Of a DNA stretch of 24,064 bases, positions 15,712 to 24,064 are shown piece by piece. Numbering within the stretch: the stretch's first letter is position 1; each line of letters starts with the position of its first letter. The notes beneath the pieces are model-generated. The model did no database searches. It was not told the DNA's origin and worked only from the letters and a program-made list of their open reading frames with translations. Where the stretch lies: contig JANPJS010000028.1 in the NCBI GenBank assembly GCA_031425655.1, forward strand, positions 1-24,064, given 5' to 3'. The DNA is from Abditibacteriaceae bacterium. Lineage in GTDB: Bacteria > Armatimonadota > Abditibacteriia > Abditibacteriales > Abditibacteriaceae. Both the position numbers and the translations under genes were made by a program.

Positions 15712-16533
15712 ATGCGCCGTTCTTCCGCACCTGCTTTTCTTTTGACGCTGCTGGCGATTTGCGTAGCTTTGGCGGCGTGGTCGCAGCGGGCGCGCGGGCA
15801 GGGCAGCGTGGCGCTGCCTGACAGCATCGCGCTGGGAGTTCTGCGTCCGGCGCAAACAGCGTTTGCCAAAGTCGGCGCGTGGTGTTCGGATGTCGGGCGC
15901 GTGATGCTGCGGCGCGGCGATATTTCGCAGGAAAACGCTGCTTTGCGCGCCCAAATTGCCGCTCTTGAAAATCGCAGCGAGCGACTGCTGCGTTATCAAC
16001 GCGAAAATCAGGAATTGCGCCAGATGCTCAAGATGCCGCAGCCGCCCAATGGGCGATTGCTGGCCGCCGAAGTCGTGTCGCGCGATGCAACCGAATACGC
16101 GCGGCGCGTGGTCATCAACGCCGGAGCGCCGCAGGGCGTGCGCGCGAAAGACGTGGTTTTCAACGCGCAGGGCGTGATCGGGCAAGTGATCGAGGTAGAC
16201 CGAAAATACGGCACCTCGACGGTGCTTTTGCTCACGGATCGCATGGCCGGCGTCGGCGCGATGGTGCGGCGCACGGCGGCGCGCGGCTTGGTGCAAGGCA
16301 ACGGACAAAGCGTGTGCCAGATGACCTATCTCGATTTGCACGCCGACGTGCGCGAAGGCGACTTGGTCGTCACCTCCGGCGATTCCAAGATTTTCCCCAA
16401 AGGTTTGGTGTTGGGCCGCGTGCGTAAAGTCATCAAAGACAAAACCTATTCGCAAACCAGCGCCGAAATTGAACCCGCCGCGCGCCTCGACCAACTTTCG
16501 GCAGTCTGGGTGCGCGTGCAGGCGGGGCCGTAG
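15712..16533 (+). CDS. mreC: Rod shape-determining protein MreC
   Basis: N-terminal TM, coiled coil ENAALR...ENQELRQML, AEVVSRD, GVIGQV, VLLLTD, GDLVVTSG, FPKGLVLGRV; follows mreB. Confidence 0.95.
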   Translation: MRRSSAPAFLLTLLAICVALAAWSQRARGQGSVALPDSIALGVLRPAQTAFAKVGAWCSDVGRVMLRRGDISQENAALRAQIAALENRSERLLRYQRENQELRQMLKMPQPPNGRLLAAEVVSRDATEYARRVVINAGAPQGVRAKDVVFNAQGVIGQVIEVDRKYGTSTVLLLTDRMAGVGAMVRRTAARGLVQGNGQSVCQMTYLDLHADVREGDLVVTSGDSKIFPKGLVLGRVRKVIKDKTYSQTSAEIEPAARLDQLSAVWVRVQAGP

Positions 16534-16535
16534 CA

Positions 16536-16626
16536 AGTTTTGAGTTTTGAATTATGAGTTTTGAGTTAAGGGTTGCGTTTTTCCCAACTCAAAACTCAAA
16601 ACTTAAAACTCATAATTCAAAACTCA
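16536..16626. repeat. Inverted arrays of TGAGTTT / AAAACTC heptamers
   Basis: Left arm 16536-16567, right arm 16586-16626; 22-bp perfect complementarity including variant units (16541-16562 / 16605-16626). Confidence 0.92.
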
Positions 16627-16627
16627 G

Positions 16628-17140
16628 ATGCGCCTTTTTTTCTTGCTTTATCTCGCATTAGTTGTGCAAACGACGTGGCTGGCCAATGGGCTGGCTTGGT
16701 TGGGCGGGGCGCGGCTGGATTTGCCGCTCGTAGTCGTGATTTCGAGCGCACTGCTTGGTGGCTGGCGGCTGGGCGCGATGCTCGGATTGGCGGCGGGCTG
16801 GTTTTGCGGCGTAGCGGCGGATTATAATCTCGGCTCGTTCATGGTTTCGCGCATGGTCGTCGGGGCTGTCAGCGGCGCGTTTGACCGGCGGCTTTCGCCC
16901 GATAATCCGTTGCTGACGCCGTTTTGCATGGCCGGAGGCACCGTCTTGGCGCACCTGATGTTCGGTTTGATGTCGCCCGCCGATTTCGCGCAGCCGTGGC
17001 CGCGTTTATTGGGCGCGATTGGACTCAATACTTTGGCAGGCTGCGCGCTGCATCCCCTGATTGCGCGGTTTGCTTTTCCGTCGCTGCAACAGGATATGGG
17101 GCAATTTGTCCAAGCGCCTCACGTTTCAAGAAGGATTTAG
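16628..17140 (+). CDS. mreD: Rod shape-determining protein MreD
   Basis: 170 aa very hydrophobic protein after mreC, with VVQTTW, DLPLVVVI and GAMLGLAAG patterns. Confidence 0.8.
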   Translation: MRLFFLLYLALVVQTTWLANGLAWLGGARLDLPLVVVISSALLGGWRLGAMLGLAAGWFCGVAADYNLGSFMVSRMVVGAVSGAFDRRLSPDNPLLTPFCMAGGTVLAHLMFGLMSPADFAQPWPRLLGAIGLNTLAGCALHPLIARFAFPSLQQDMGQFVQAPHVSRRI

Positions 17141-17143
17141 CTT

Positions 17144-19888
17144 ATGTCGTCGCGTAGGATTTTGCTGTGCTGCTTCGTGGTTTTGCTGGTGCTTGGTGCC
17201 GGTTCGGCGTTCGCCGATTCGTCTTCTCAATCTTCGATCTCAAAGGCGCAACGCGAGAGGTCTCAAACTTTGTTTCGCCGTCTGGGTTTTTTGGGGCCGA
17301 ATACGCCGCTTTCGCGCTGCTCGGTGAATCGCCAACCGTCCGAGGCGCGCACTTCGCAAGTCCATGTGCAGTCGTCGTTGGTGCAAGCTAATGCGACGGG
17401 TTTGACTTTTCAATTTACCGGCTTTACAGCAGCGCAAACCTCGGATTTTCAAAGCTATTTGTCAACGGCTTATGCGCTGATGGTGCAGGTTTACGGTGAG
17501 CCGGCGCCGTCTCAGCGCGGTCGCGTGGTCAGGGTTATTTACGATGCCGAGGCCAGCGACGGCGTTTACGACGAGCCGCTTCCCGGCGCTTCCAATGGCG
17601 GCACGATTCGCTTAGCGCCGGTGGATACGGCCTATTTTGACGGCGATCCCAACCCGACGGCGCACGCGCGCGATTTCAATAATTTCCTGCTCACGGTTTT
17701 GGCGCTGAACGCTTTTCACGGCAATCAGCTTTTCGATTACGATTCGTGGGAACTGGGTTTTTCTCACGCGGCGGCCTTAATCGTGACTTACAAGGCCAAA
17801 AACCAACCGGCGGGCTTCGATCCGGCGTATTATAGCGGCTATTTGCTGCCGCTTTACGATTTATTCAATCGCCCCAATTTAGCCGGAAAACTCCATTATG
17901 CCCCCGGCGGAGCGATCAATTTGAACTTCTACCGCAACGGCATGGCGCAGGCGGCGTGGCTCAAAGTCTGGGTCGAGAATTCCAACTTCTTCAAAAACTT
18001 CAACGCGGCTTATTATCAGCAAGCGGGCGATATGAGTGCGCTGCGAGCCATCGCCGCTGCGCAGTTGCCGTCGGGAATCGTGGAAGGTTTGCCTTTTGAA
18101 TACTGGTATTCGCGCCAGACCGTGCTGGACACGGCGATTCCTGCCGGCGAAAAATTATGGATGGGCTTGTGGCCTTATCCCAACTACGTTTCGGGCGACA
18201 CGCGCTCGGTGTTTTTCGCGCCCGTCGAACGCTATCGCACCAACGCCGATGGTTCCGAAAAGGCTCCGGGCGTTGCCACGCAGGGCACCGTTGCGGCTTT
18301 CAACGAAGCCGGAATCAACATCACGCAGCTTTCAGATGAGTTGAAAAAAGACGCCAAAGTCTATTTCGACGCGCTGGGCGAAAGCGAACTGAATCTTCAA
18401 GATACGGACATCGTCGGCTTTGCGACGACCAGCACAGCGCAACCGCCTCCGCCCAACCAAAGCCGCGTTTCGATTGTGGTTAACACTTCGGTCAGCCAAA
18501 CCTCGACTTATTTCCCCTTTAACGTGGCGGGCACCGTGGTGCGTCCCAGCGGGTTTTTCGGCGTGATGTTGGGCACCAACGAAGGAAAAGTCAAGGCGGT
18601 CTCGAACGGCGTGGCCATCGGCGCGCAAGTGGATTTAAAGCGCGGCGCTTTCGGCATTCCCTCCGATTATCCGACTGGCGCAGCAGTGAAAACCGTGTTC
18701 ACCATCACGCCGACGAGTGGCGCGGCTGTTAATGTGATTCGCAACTCGTGCTGGATCAAAGCCGACCCGCAGCTTTTGGGAGGCTTGGTGGTCGCTTTGG
18801 AAGCGGCACCCGGCCCGCCGCTGCGCATCAGCGATGCGCAGCTTTTGGAAGGCGACAGCGGCACGCGCAATTTAGCGTTTACCGTCAGTTTGGATTCGCC
18901 CAGCACCAAGCTGGTCAGCGTGGCTTACAGCACGGCCAATCCTGCCCAAGGGGCGCCCGCGGCTCTGGCGGGCAGTGATTACACCAGAACGACGGGCACG
19001 CTTTCTCTGGCGGCAGGCGAAATCAGCAAGCAAATTCTGGTGCCGATTATCGGCGACACGATTGTCGAAACCGGCGAGACTTTTTCGGTCAATCTCAGCA
19101 GCGCGACCAATGCCATCATCGGCAAAGCGCAGGCGCAGGGCACCATTGTGGACGATGATACGCCCCGCACTTTGACCATCAACAACGTCTCGGTGAACGA
19201 AGGCACGGCTGCGCTGCCGGGCGAGGCTACGTTTACCATTACGCTGTCCGGGCCGTCCGGCAAAACCGTTTCGGTGAGCTACAACACTGTGGATAACACG
19301 GCTTTAGCGAGTCAGGATTACAAATCCCGAACGGGCATCATCACGTTTTTGCCGGGCCAGACCAGCCGAACCTTTAAAGTTATTTTCGTTGGCGACAGCG
19401 TCGTCGAAGCCGATGAAACCTTCTTTGTTGACCTGAAAACGCCGGTCAATGCCACCATTGCCGATAGTCGCGGATTGGCTACTATTCGCAACGACGACGG
19501 GACGAGCCTCGCCATCAGCAACGCGCCGACGATAGACGAGGATAGTAGCGGCACCAGAGCGCAAACTTTCACAGTGCATCTGGCGCCGGCTTCGACCCAG
19601 ACCGTGAAAGTCGGCTGGTCAACGGCTTACGACAGCGCCAGTTCGGCTGATTTCGTTGCCGCTGCGGGCACTTTGACTTTTGCGCCCGGCGAAACGACCA
19701 AAACCATCGTGGTGCAAGTAAAGGGCGACCTCCTTGTCGAGCCGACGGAAGGCTACAAGGTGAATTTGAAGACTCCAATTAACGCCGTGATCGTGGACGC
19801 TCAGGCCACCGCTTACATCCGCAACGATGATGCAGCCGCAGCCAACGCGATTAAGGCCGAGCCTTTCGAGGACGAACCTTCACAGTAA
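17144..19888 (+). CDS. Secreted protein with a large unknown N-terminal region and three C-terminal Calx-beta domains
   Basis: Signal peptide ending SAFA; three repeats of ISD/INN...EG...FTVxL...VSVxY-T...A..DY...GTL.F..GE..K.I.V.I.GD..VE..E.F.V.L....NA.I......GTI.DDD. Confidence 0.88.
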   Translation: MSSRRILLCCFVVLLVLGAGSAFADSSSQSSISKAQRERSQTLFRRLGFLGPNTPLSRCSVNRQPSEARTSQVHVQSSLVQANATGLTFQFTGFTAAQTSDFQSYLSTAYALMVQVYGEPAPSQRGRVVRVIYDAEASDGVYDEPLPGASNGGTIRLAPVDTAYFDGDPNPTAHARDFNNFLLTVLALNAFHGNQLFDYDSWELGFSHAAALIVTYKAKNQPAGFDPAYYSGYLLPLYDLFNRPNLAGKLHYAPGGAINLNFYRNGMAQAAWLKVWVENSNFFKNFNAAYYQQAGDMSALRAIAAAQLPSGIVEGLPFEYWYSRQTVLDTAIPAGEKLWMGLWPYPNYVSGDTRSVFFAPVERYRTNADGSEKAPGVATQGTVAAFNEAGINITQLSDELKKDAKVYFDALGESELNLQDTDIVGFATTSTAQPPPPNQSRVSIVVNTSVSQTSTYFPFNVAGTVVRPSGFFGVMLGTNEGKVKAVSNGVAIGAQVDLKRGAFGIPSDYPTGAAVKTVFTITPTSGAAVNVIRNSCWIKADPQLLGGLVVALEAAPGPPLRISDAQLLEGDSGTRNLAFTVSLDSPSTKLVSVAYSTANPAQGAPAALAGSDYTRTTGTLSLAAGEISKQILVPIIGDTIVETGETFSVNLSSATNAIIGKAQAQGTIVDDDTPRTLTINNVSVNEGTAALPGEATFTITLSGPSGKTVSVSYNTVDNTALASQDYKSRTGIITFLPGQTSRTFKVIFVGDSVVEADETFFVDLKTPVNATIADSRGLATIRNDDGTSLAISNAPTIDEDSSGTRAQTFTVHLAPASTQTVKVGWSTAYDSASSADFVAAAGTLTFAPGETTKTIVVQVKGDLLVEPTEGYKVNLKTPINAVIVDAQATAYIRNDDAAAANAIKAEPFEDEPSQ

Positions 19889-19901
19889 ATTTGTCAAGTG
19901 T

Positions 19902-20112
19902 TCACCTTACGCGTTGGAGTGTGTTAGGCAGACAAATTCAAGAAGCGCTGTCATTCTGAGCTTGCGAAGAATCTATTTTGCGCCTCCATTACTCTTACCA
20001 AGCAGACCGAAAAATAGATTCTTCGCAAGCTCAGAATGACAAAAACTCTTCTGTTGTCCCGTGATTCGCAGGCTAATGGCTGCGCCTATCATAACCCGAC
20101 TGCGTAAGGTGA
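19902..20112. mobile_element. MITE-like wrapper carrying a 31-bp perfect palindromic repeat
   Basis: Outer IR TCACCTTACGC (19902-19912 / 20102-20112), extending imperfectly about 18 bp inward; inner perfect IR TGTCATTCTGAGCTTGCGAAGAATCTATTTT (19949-19979 / 20011-20041). Confidence 0.65.
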
Positions 20113-20230
20113 GTTGTTAAGGCGTAGTGAGATTCAGAGCTTTGGCGTGGAACAAGCGCGGCGCTTTGCCGGTCAATGCGCGGTCGTGTGAAGAAAGAGA
20201 TCGGTTCGCGTTTCGCATCGCGCACCTGAT

Positions 20231-20239
20231 TGCTATACT
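20231..20239 (+). promoter_or_regulatory. Putative extended -10 promoter
   Basis: TG-C-TATACT about 70 nt upstream of ATG 20311; SD AAGGAG at 20294-20299. Confidence 0.45.
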
Positions 20240-20310
20240 GGGAGCGCCGCAACCAATGAGATTGGCACCGCGAGAAAACGCGTTGAAAGAACTAAGGAGA
20301 CGCAGACTCG

Positions 20311-21372
20311 ATGAAGAATGTGTTGGATACCGTTAAGTGGCGCCGTTGGGGCGCCGTGAACTGCGCGTTTTACGCGTTATTAGCTGTTGTGGGCTTCGTG
20401 AGCCTCAACGTGGCCGGTTGTGGCGGCGGCGGAGGCGGAGGCACTGGCATTACGCCAACCGTGAGCTTCACGCTCCAATTGCGAGATTTGGCCGGCAATA
20501 TCGTGGATGGCACCGGGTCGGTCAGGAACGGGGTTATCACTACAAACTTCACGACCGCCGGCGGCAGCGCGGTTATCCCCAACGTAGTGCCGGGCGAATA
20601 CAACGTGACGGTTACCATCAACGGCACCACGACCACGCAAAAAATCGCGGTCGCCAGAGAAAATAATCAAACCATTCTCATCATTCCGGGAATCGGCAGT
20701 CAGGGCACTCTGGTAACCGGGCGCCTTCTTTTGAACATAGACCCGGATCGGCCCATTAACGGCACCTGCACCGATTCCAATTTGACCAAGCCTTTGACGG
20801 CTCGCGTGTTGATTCGGGCGCGCCGCGTTGCCGATAACGTCATCATCCAATCGTTCGAGCGCGCTTTGCAGGCCGACACCACGCCCGCCGCGCAGCAGGG
20901 CTTATTCGTGATTGCCTTGCCGGCTGGCGTCTACAAGCTCGAAGTGCGTCAGGCCTCGCCGGGAACGGCGACCGTAGCGCCTGCGCCGTTTACCGGCAAC
21001 AGCGCTATCTTTCAGGTGCCGGCCACGACTTCGGTGACCATTTGCGCCAATCAGGGCTTGACCGGGCCGGGAGGCACTCCAACGCCGACTCCGACCTTCA
21101 CGCCTAACCCAACTCTCACGCCGACGATTTTCGGCGGAGCGACGGCCACGCCGACACCAGTGGGCAACGCGACGGCCACGCCGACACCCGGCCCCGCGGC
21201 GACGGCGACTCCCACCACAAGGCCAACTCCGACCAACACGCCTGGAGGCCCGCCGCCCGACCCGACCTTCACGCCGGCACCGACTTTCACGCCGAATCCG
21301 AACGGCACTTCGACTCCAACGCCCGCAGGCCCGCCGCCGCCGCCGGGCTTCCGGTCAGGCCGCAAGCGTTAA
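20311..21372 (+). CDS. Putative lipoprotein with beta-sandwich domains and Pro/Thr-rich C-terminal tail
   Basis: Lipobox VAGC followed by poly-Gly; VVPGEYNVTVT and LPAGVYKLEV motifs resemble carboxypeptidase-regulatory-like domains; about 95 aa of PT repeats ending PPPPPGFRSGRKR. Confidence 0.8.
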   Translation: MKNVLDTVKWRRWGAVNCAFYALLAVVGFVSLNVAGCGGGGGGGTGITPTVSFTLQLRDLAGNIVDGTGSVRNGVITTNFTTAGGSAVIPNVVPGEYNVTVTINGTTTTQKIAVARENNQTILIIPGIGSQGTLVTGRLLLNIDPDRPINGTCTDSNLTKPLTARVLIRARRVADNVIIQSFERALQADTTPAAQQGLFVIALPAGVYKLEVRQASPGTATVAPAPFTGNSAIFQVPATTSVTICANQGLTGPGGTPTPTPTFTPNPTLTPTIFGGATATPTPVGNATATPTPGPAATATPTTRPTPTNTPGGPPPDPTFTPAPTFTPNPNGTSTPTPAGPPPPPGFRSGRKR

Positions 21373-21415
21373 AAGCGCAGCCGACCAGAACGCAAAGCGC
21401 GAGCAGGCTGGAATT

Positions 21416-21453
21416 AAAACGCCCTTTCTCCCATTCGGGGGAGAGGGCGTTTT
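21416..21453. terminator. Intrinsic terminator after the lipoprotein gene
   Basis: AAAACGCCCTTTCTCCC-ATTC-GGGGGAGAGGGCGTTTT stem with G-U pairs and a T tail. Confidence 0.75.
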
Positions 21454-21483
21454 ACATTCTCACCGATAGACTTTCAAACGCGA

Positions 21484-22455
21484 ATGACGGATAAAAATCA
21501 CCCGGTTCGGAGCGGCGCCCTCGCTCCGTGGATGCTGTGGACGCTGGTCTGGCTGACCGGCGGCGCGGTTGTCGCGGGCATTTTTTTATGGCCGGACGAT
21601 TCGCCGCAACTGCCGCGCGCGGTCTCGCCGGATGCGCCCGTCATAGAAATCACCGGCGTCGAACCCGTGCTGCGCGATAAGCAGGGCCGAACCGTGTGGG
21701 CGCTAAAAGCCGGGCGCATCACGCTCAGCGCCAGCCGTCTTGTTTTGGTCGCCGAAGATGTGCGGCGCGGCGTTTACTACCGGGACGGCAAGCCATTTTT
21801 GATCTGGCAGGCGAAACGCTTGAATCTCAATAACATCACGCGCGATGTGACTGCCGACGGCGAAGTCAGCGCGACCGGGCCGGATGGGTTTTCCATTCGC
21901 GCCGCCAAAGCCACATGGTCGCACGAAAAGCAGGAGGTGCGCTGCGATGCGCCCGTCAAAGCCACGCTGCGCGGCGCGACTTTCACCGCGCCGGGGTTGA
22001 TTTATCAGGCGCAGACGGGCCGATTGCTTTGCTCCGAGCAATCTCATACCGAAACCAAAGGCTTGGCCGTGGACGCCGCCCGCGTTTCTTACGACACGCG
22101 CACCGGAATTTTGCGCAGCGAGCAAGCGCACGGCGTCACGCAGGAATTGACTATTGACGCCGGCAGCGTTGTCTACGATACACGCAGCGGCCTGATTCGC
22201 TGTGCGCAAGTGTCGCGTGCCGTAACGCATGGTTTTACGATCAGCGCCGCCGATGTCAGCTACGATATGCGCAGCGGCGTGCTGCGCTGCGGGCGCGATG
22301 TGAATATCGAAACGAGCGGCGCGACCTTGCGCGGCGGCAGCGCCGTCGTAGACACCCGCGCGCGAAAAGTGAGCATCACCAATGGCTTGGAAGTGCGCGT
22401 TCAGCCCGACCCGGCGCTGCTGAAAAGCCTGCCGAACCTGTCAGCCGCGCGCTGA
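21484..22455 (+). CDS. LptC-like LPS export periplasmic protein with expanded beta-strand repeats
   Basis: Single N-terminal TM, D.QGRTVWALKA motif, repeated 28-29 aa units; adjacent to an LptA/OstA-like gene. Confidence 0.7.
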   Translation: MTDKNHPVRSGALAPWMLWTLVWLTGGAVVAGIFLWPDDSPQLPRAVSPDAPVIEITGVEPVLRDKQGRTVWALKAGRITLSASRLVLVAEDVRRGVYYRDGKPFLIWQAKRLNLNNITRDVTADGEVSATGPDGFSIRAAKATWSHEKQEVRCDAPVKATLRGATFTAPGLIYQAQTGRLLCSEQSHTETKGLAVDAARVSYDTRTGILRSEQAHGVTQELTIDAGSVVYDTRSGLIRCAQVSRAVTHGFTISAADVSYDMRSGVLRCGRDVNIETSGATLRGGSAVVDTRARKVSITNGLEVRVQPDPALLKSLPNLSAAR

Positions 22456-22468
22456 GTCTGTGAGCGAA

Positions 22469-22820
22469 TGGGCGAAGTCCCCTCCCCTTGCCGTTTAAGG
22501 GGAGGGTTAGGGGCTTTCCGGTATGGGTTTTTGAAAAACAGGCGTCAAAAAGCCCCGAAATGTGAAAAACAGAAGCGATGTCATTCTGAGCTTGCGAAGG
22601 ATCTCTGCGTAATACGAGCTATTTTGCAGAGATTCTTCGCAAGCTCAGAATGACAAAACTCTCACTGTTTGCTATCTACTCGTATGCTTTCCAAGCCCTT
22701 TTTCCAAAACCCATACCGGAAAGAGGGTTAGGGTGGGGTTCTGCTGCTTCCAGAACCCCCTGCCCAAAGGGCGCCCGCCGGCCCGTCCCCTTGATACGGC
22801 AAAGGGGCAGGGAGTCGCCA
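22469..22820. repeat. Three-layer nested repeat between LptC-like and LptA-like genes
   Basis: Outer imperfect IR (22469-22503 / 22786-22820) of CCCCTCCCC...AGGGTTAGGGTGGGG type, interrupted by an element at 22514-22723 that contains a TGTCATTCTGAG palindrome (22579-22608 / 22626-22655). Confidence 0.85.
22514..22723. mobile_element. 210-bp MITE-like element with target duplication
   Basis: 25-bp TIR CTTTCCGGTATGGGTTTTTGAAAAA (22514-22538 / 22699-22723, one mismatch); direct repeat AGGGTTAGGG at 22503-22512 and 22724-22733. Confidence 0.75.
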
Positions 22821-22856
22821 GCTACTTTGCAAGCTGATTTTAAGAGGAATTGTCCC

Positions 22857-23792
22857 ATGAAAAGAATTATTATCGTGTTCGGCGTCTTGGCGCTTGGCGT
22901 CGGTGTTACCAGAGCGCAGAAGGCCGAAAATAAGCCCGCGCCGGCTGCTAAAACGGCTGCGAAGCCTGCCAAAGGCACCGGGCAGGTCATTCTGACCAGC
23001 CGGGGCGGGCAGCACGACGATGGCCGAGGTGTGACCAAACTCACCGGCAGCGTTGTCGTCAGGCAGGAAGGCGAAGCGTTCGTGTTGCGCGCCGATTCGG
23101 TCACCTATAATCGCGACGCGAATCAGGCGGTCGCAACCGGAAACCTCGTCGTGGAAACCAAAGATTCCACGATCACCGGAATGTCGCTGCGCGCCGACTT
23201 CGATACCAAGCACATCTATATTCGCGACAACGTCGAGATGAATTCGCACGGCAAGACGGACGGCATGAAGAAAACGACGAGTCGCGGGCCGGGCGATACG
23301 GTCGGCGACATCACGCACAAGCCCTCGAAGATGCTGTGCAACACCATTGATTACAACTACGAGATCAGCGAAGCGCTCGTGACCGGCAACATTCGCATGA
23401 AGCAGGAAAATAGTTCGGGCACTTGCCGTCAAATTGTCTTCGACGAAGAAAACAACGTCGCCGAATTGAGCGGCGATGTCTCGTTCACCGACAAAAAACA
23501 GCAGACTTTTCAGGTGGAGAAGCTCATTGTCTGGTTCGATTCCGACAAGCTCGACTTTCAAGGCCCGGTCACGATGAGGGGCAGGAACGACGACGATCCC
23601 AAAGCCGCTGACCCGAAGAAACCTGCGCCCGCGCGCCAAACTAAGAAGAATTTTGGTGGCCCTCCGGTGGTGCCGGACTTGGAAAAAGAGCCTGTTGACG
23701 AAAAAACGCCCGACAAACCCGCAGAAACCAAGCCCGCCGAGCCTCCAACCGTCAAACCGGCGTCCGATGCGCCTGTCGAGAAGCCGAAATAA
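22857..23792 (+). CDS. LptA/OstA-like periplasmic beta-jellyroll protein
   Basis: ATG 22857 after GAGGA; signal peptide MKRIIIVFGVLALGVGVTRA; OstA-like LTGSVVVRQ, LRADSVTYN, AVATGNL, AELSGDV; Pro/Lys/Glu-rich tail. Confidence 0.78.
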   Translation: MKRIIIVFGVLALGVGVTRAQKAENKPAPAAKTAAKPAKGTGQVILTSRGGQHDDGRGVTKLTGSVVVRQEGEAFVLRADSVTYNRDANQAVATGNLVVETKDSTITGMSLRADFDTKHIYIRDNVEMNSHGKTDGMKKTTSRGPGDTVGDITHKPSKMLCNTIDYNYEISEALVTGNIRMKQENSSGTCRQIVFDEENNVAELSGDVSFTDKKQQTFQVEKLIVWFDSDKLDFQGPVTMRGRNDDDPKAADPKKPAPARQTKKNFGGPPVVPDLEKEPVDEKTPDKPAETKPAEPPTVKPASDAPVEKPK

Positions 23793-23855
23793 CTCCTGTG
23801 GACGCCAGAATCCAGACTCGGAGAGGCACCTACGTCACTTGGGCAGCCACAAAAA

Positions 23856-23912
23856 TGACTTAGGTGGCTCTCCGTGTGACTTAGGTGGCTCTCCTGGTGA
23901 CTTAGGTGGCTC
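23856..23912. repeat. 21-bp period tandem repeat
   Basis: TGACTTAGGTGGCTC at 23856, 23877 and 23898, separated by 6 variable nt; degenerate in-phase copies at about 23814 and 23835. Confidence 0.9.
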
Positions 23913-24064
23913 ATAGAGTCGCTGATACGACTCGCCAGGTAGCGACAAGGCTTGCCGTGTCGGGAAATCGTGGTGCCCCTTCGACAAGGCCAGCCTTTTC
24001 GCGACGGAGGGGAGGTTTGAATCCTGGCTTTTGACGCAACATGCGAAGCAATCCGGCGCCGCGT

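Noticed and set aside
22650..22856. N-terminal extension of the LptA-like ORF, and ORF 22468-22653
   Set aside because: Both translate palindromic repeat DNA; the real start is ATG 22857 with SD and signal peptide.
23856..23912. CRISPR array
   Set aside because: Repeat is 15 bp with 6-nt spacers, only three copies, and there are no cas genes; this is a tandem repeat.
23558..23916. ORFs 23558-23914 (-) and 23653-23916 (+)
   Set aside because: They overlap the LptA-like gene end and owe their periodic sequence to the 21-bp repeat; no independent support.

Overview
GC-rich bacterial chromosomal window from a diderm (LptC/LptA-like genes, an outer-membrane beta-barrel candidate). The gene style suggests Armatimonadota/Abditibacteriota, but that is only an inference. 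Housekeeping content: plsY-gpsA, an HU protein with Ala/Lys/Pro-rich tails, a single-domain KaiC/RAD55-like ATPase, ubiX plus a UbiA/MqnP-like prenyltransferase, an ECF sigma factor divergent from a degenerate REC-HD-GYP gene, tRNA-Leu(TAA), maf-mreBCD, a Calx-beta repeat protein, a Pro/Thr-tailed lipoprotein and an LptC/LptA-like pair. Two things stand out. (1) A five-gene, Cys/His/Met-rich exported metal (probably copper) handling operon at 8358-13652, headed by a secreted Cys-rich leader ORF that ends in the ribosome-arrest motif RAPP and is followed by a hairpin plus T-run. Two of its genes share a CxxCxMP...RCxxCA...HxxC domain, and the last gene has an in-frame internal start for a cupredoxin-like module. 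(2) Many of the intergenic gaps are filled with nested 'Russian-doll' inverted-repeat elements, including transposase-less cassettes with IS4/IS231-like ends and 10-bp target duplications that carry other palindromic repeats as cargo and sit inside further palindromes. No transposase and no CRISPR array are present. All protein calls come from motif recognition by eye, not database searches.
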